IMG/VR virus record: IMGVR_UViG_3300048839_001082
Location: 1 to 64,000 of that record
Origin: a virus
DNA length: 64,000 nucleotides
Direction: 5' to 3' (one strand)
Both the position numbers and the translations under genes were made by a program. Below, one piece after another: positions 62,569 to 64,000 of the stretch (positions are counted from its first letter, which is position 1; each line of letters opens with the position of its first letter). The notes under the pieces were generated by a model. That model worked only from the letters and a program-made list of their open reading frames with translations. It was not told the DNA's origin and did not search any database.

Positions 62569-63216
62569 ATGAGTCAAGAACTCCGTCAAGTATATGTTAT
62601 CGGTGACAAGGAATTCACCACGAAGGCCGAAGCTCTGACATTCCTGCGTCGCCCTAAGATCGAAGCGGAAATGGTCAAGGTCACCGGTGGTAATAAAGAC
62701 TTGACTACATGGCTTCTGGATAATCAGGAGTCGGTGGAAGTTGCGTTTGAAGTTGGCACGATTCGTCGCGTCACTAAGTCTGAGCACAATAAGTTGTCCA
62801 AGGCCGTCGAAGCGCTGAAGGCCATTGAAGGCAATCCGAAGATTGCTTTCTTGCAAGAGAATGCCGGTGCGATCCTGGATTCTTTCCGTTGGCCCGCTGT
62901 TAAGCGTATGGATGAAGCTGAGAAGAATGCCGCGGCTCGTAATTCGCTCGTCGCCGCTAGCGAAGGTAATGAGGAATTGGCGGAGTGGATCGTCAGCAAT
63001 AAGGATGCAGTCCTGGCCGCTTATGACGCCGGTAAGGAGAAGCGTGAAGTCTCTACCAAGGCTACCGAAGGTCTGGCCGCTTATCGCGCCAAGAAGGCTG
63101 CTGAGAAGGCAGAAGCGGAAGCCCTTGAAATGGCGGAAGCTGAAAAGAAGGGACCTGAAGCGGTCGCTGCTCTTATTCAGAAGCGTGAAGCTGCAGCTGC
63201 TAAGAACGCTAAGTAA
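62569..63216 (+). CDS. hypothetical Ala/Lys/Glu-rich protein with an internal repeat
   Basis: AGGA RBS; strongly biased codons; GNKDLTTWLLDN and GNEELAEWIVSN repeat. Confidence 0.75.
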   Translation: MSQELRQVYVIGDKEFTTKAEALTFLRRPKIEAEMVKVTGGNKDLTTWLLDNQESVEVAFEVGTIRRVTKSEHNKLSKAVEALKAIEGNPKIAFLQENAGAILDSFRWPAVKRMDEAEKNAAARNSLVAASEGNEELAEWIVSNKDAVLAAYDAGKEKREVSTKATEGLAAYRAKKAAEKAEAEALEMAEAEKKGPEAVAALIQKREAAAAKNAK

Positions 63217-63224
63217 ATAATGTG

Positions 63225-63268
63225 AAGCCCCATTTTGAAGCACCCTGAGGTGTTTTGAGATGGGGCTT
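63225..63268 (+). terminator. long imperfect hairpin (terminator or RNase III-type site)
   Basis: AAGCCCCATTTTGAAGCACC-loop-GGTGTTTTGAGATGGGGCTT. Confidence 0.55.
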
Positions 63269-63302
63269 AAAAATGGAGATGGGCTTAAAAATGGAGATTA
63301 AT

Positions 63303-63434
63303 ATGCTTACTTTGATAAATATCGGACTTGCTTTGCTTTTCGCGGCCAATTTAACACTTTTTGTTACGCCTCATGGTTCTTGGTTCAATCTTTTCGCAGC
63401 TTCTTTCATTGGTCTTCTTTCAATTATCAAATAA
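63303..63434 (+). CDS. small membrane protein, 43 aa
   Basis: GGAG RBS; hydrophobic. Confidence 0.5.
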   Translation: MLTLINIGLALLFAANLTLFVTPHGSWFNLFAASFIGLLSIIK

Positions 63435-63440
63435 ATAATC

Positions 63441-63719
63441 ATGACCGCAAAACGTACATGTCTGACCGTTCGCCAGAACTGGCTTCTCTGCAACTATCTC
63501 GCGGAGAATTACACAAGTTCAAAGATGAACGATACGCAATTCGCGAAGAAGGCTTCCGAAGAACTGGGATTTGATGTCTCAGTACCTCAACTCGGACAGC
63601 GTCGTCGAGAGATGGAAATTCCTTCTTTCATGGAAACGTCCAAAGAACCTGAGACAGTGATTGAACGTGTGCGGGAACTCGAGAAACGTGTTGACGCACT
63701 GGAACAAATGTTCAAATGA
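63441..63719 (+). CDS. hypothetical protein, possibly HTH-like with a C-terminal coiled coil
   Basis: Plausible ORF; RVRELEKRVDALE tail. Confidence 0.6.
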   Translation: MTAKRTCLTVRQNWLLCNYLAENYTSSKMNDTQFAKKASEELGFDVSVPQLGQRRREMEIPSFMETSKEPETVIERVRELEKRVDALEQMFK

Positions 63720-63725
63720 TTAACA

Positions 63726-63815
63726 GGACAGTTGGCTGAGAGGCTTAAAGCGCCGGTCTTGAAAACCGGAGTTGGCGAAAGTCGACCGTGAGTTCGAATC
63801 TCACACTGTCCGCCA
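63726..63815 (+). tRNA. tRNA-Ser (TGA)
   Basis: GGACAGT/ACTGTCC acceptor stem, CCGGT-CTTGAAA-ACCGG anticodon arm, long variable arm, GTTCGAATC, CCA. Confidence 0.95.
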
Positions 63816-63841
63816 TTTAAAATATAAGAGGATTAAATAGA

Positions 63842-64000
63842 ATGATTACAGAATCAAGACCAATTAGCGTACTCCGACGTGTTTTAATATGGGGAGGTGT
63901 TACAATTTTATCTAAACATGTACGACAGTTTCCTGTTATTGAAATGCTCAATGCTGATGACATTGGGATTGGTTGGGTCATGACAAACACAGAATGGATG
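63842..64000 (+). CDS. hypothetical protein, 3'-truncated
   Basis: GAGG RBS; ATG 63842 open to the window end. Confidence 0.5.
   Translation, partial: MITESRPISVLRRVLIWGGVTILSKHVRQFPVIEMLNADDIGIGWVMTNTEWM

Noticed and set aside
821-63243. Minus-strand ORFs in the track (e.g. 21933..22544, 48412..49059, 62554..63243)
   Set aside because: They are antisense shadows of well-supported + strand genes, with no recognisable motifs
1-64000. Terminase, integrase or repressor genes
   Set aside because: No matching motifs were recognised; the terminase probably lies outside this window, and nothing here supports a temperate lifestyle

Overview
The window is a 64-kb segment of an AT-rich lytic tailed phage (siphovirus-type) genome, with all credible genes on the + strand. 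Layout: virion and morphogenesis genes (1-32.3 kb), lysis (32.7-33.7 kb), a putative early region rich in small genes, structured non-coding blocks and tRNAs (34.4-39.6 kb), then a T7-like transcription/replication module (RNA polymerase, SSB, DNA polymerase A, exonuclease, primase-helicase, class II ribonucleotide reductase, ligase) and accessory genes. The most striking feature is a two-polymerase system. One T7-type single-subunit RNA polymerase is fused behind a MuF (SPP1 gp7-like) head-morphogenesis domain inside the capsid operon and is probably virion-packaged. A second, stand-alone T7-type RNAP is interrupted by a group I intron. Two candidate phage promoter motifs and an identical A-T11-CGA terminator signal accompany them. 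Other highlights: a second group I intron (LAGLIDADG) in nrdJ, an intein in the helicase, a 37-aa prepilin-like peptide missed by the ORF track, a cluster of pseudoknot/T-loop RNA-like elements, a tape measure with a repeat-bracketed HExxH module, a split tail-tip gene, and a GC-rich cassette block with repeated gene junctions. All product calls come from recognised motifs and synteny; no database searches were run.
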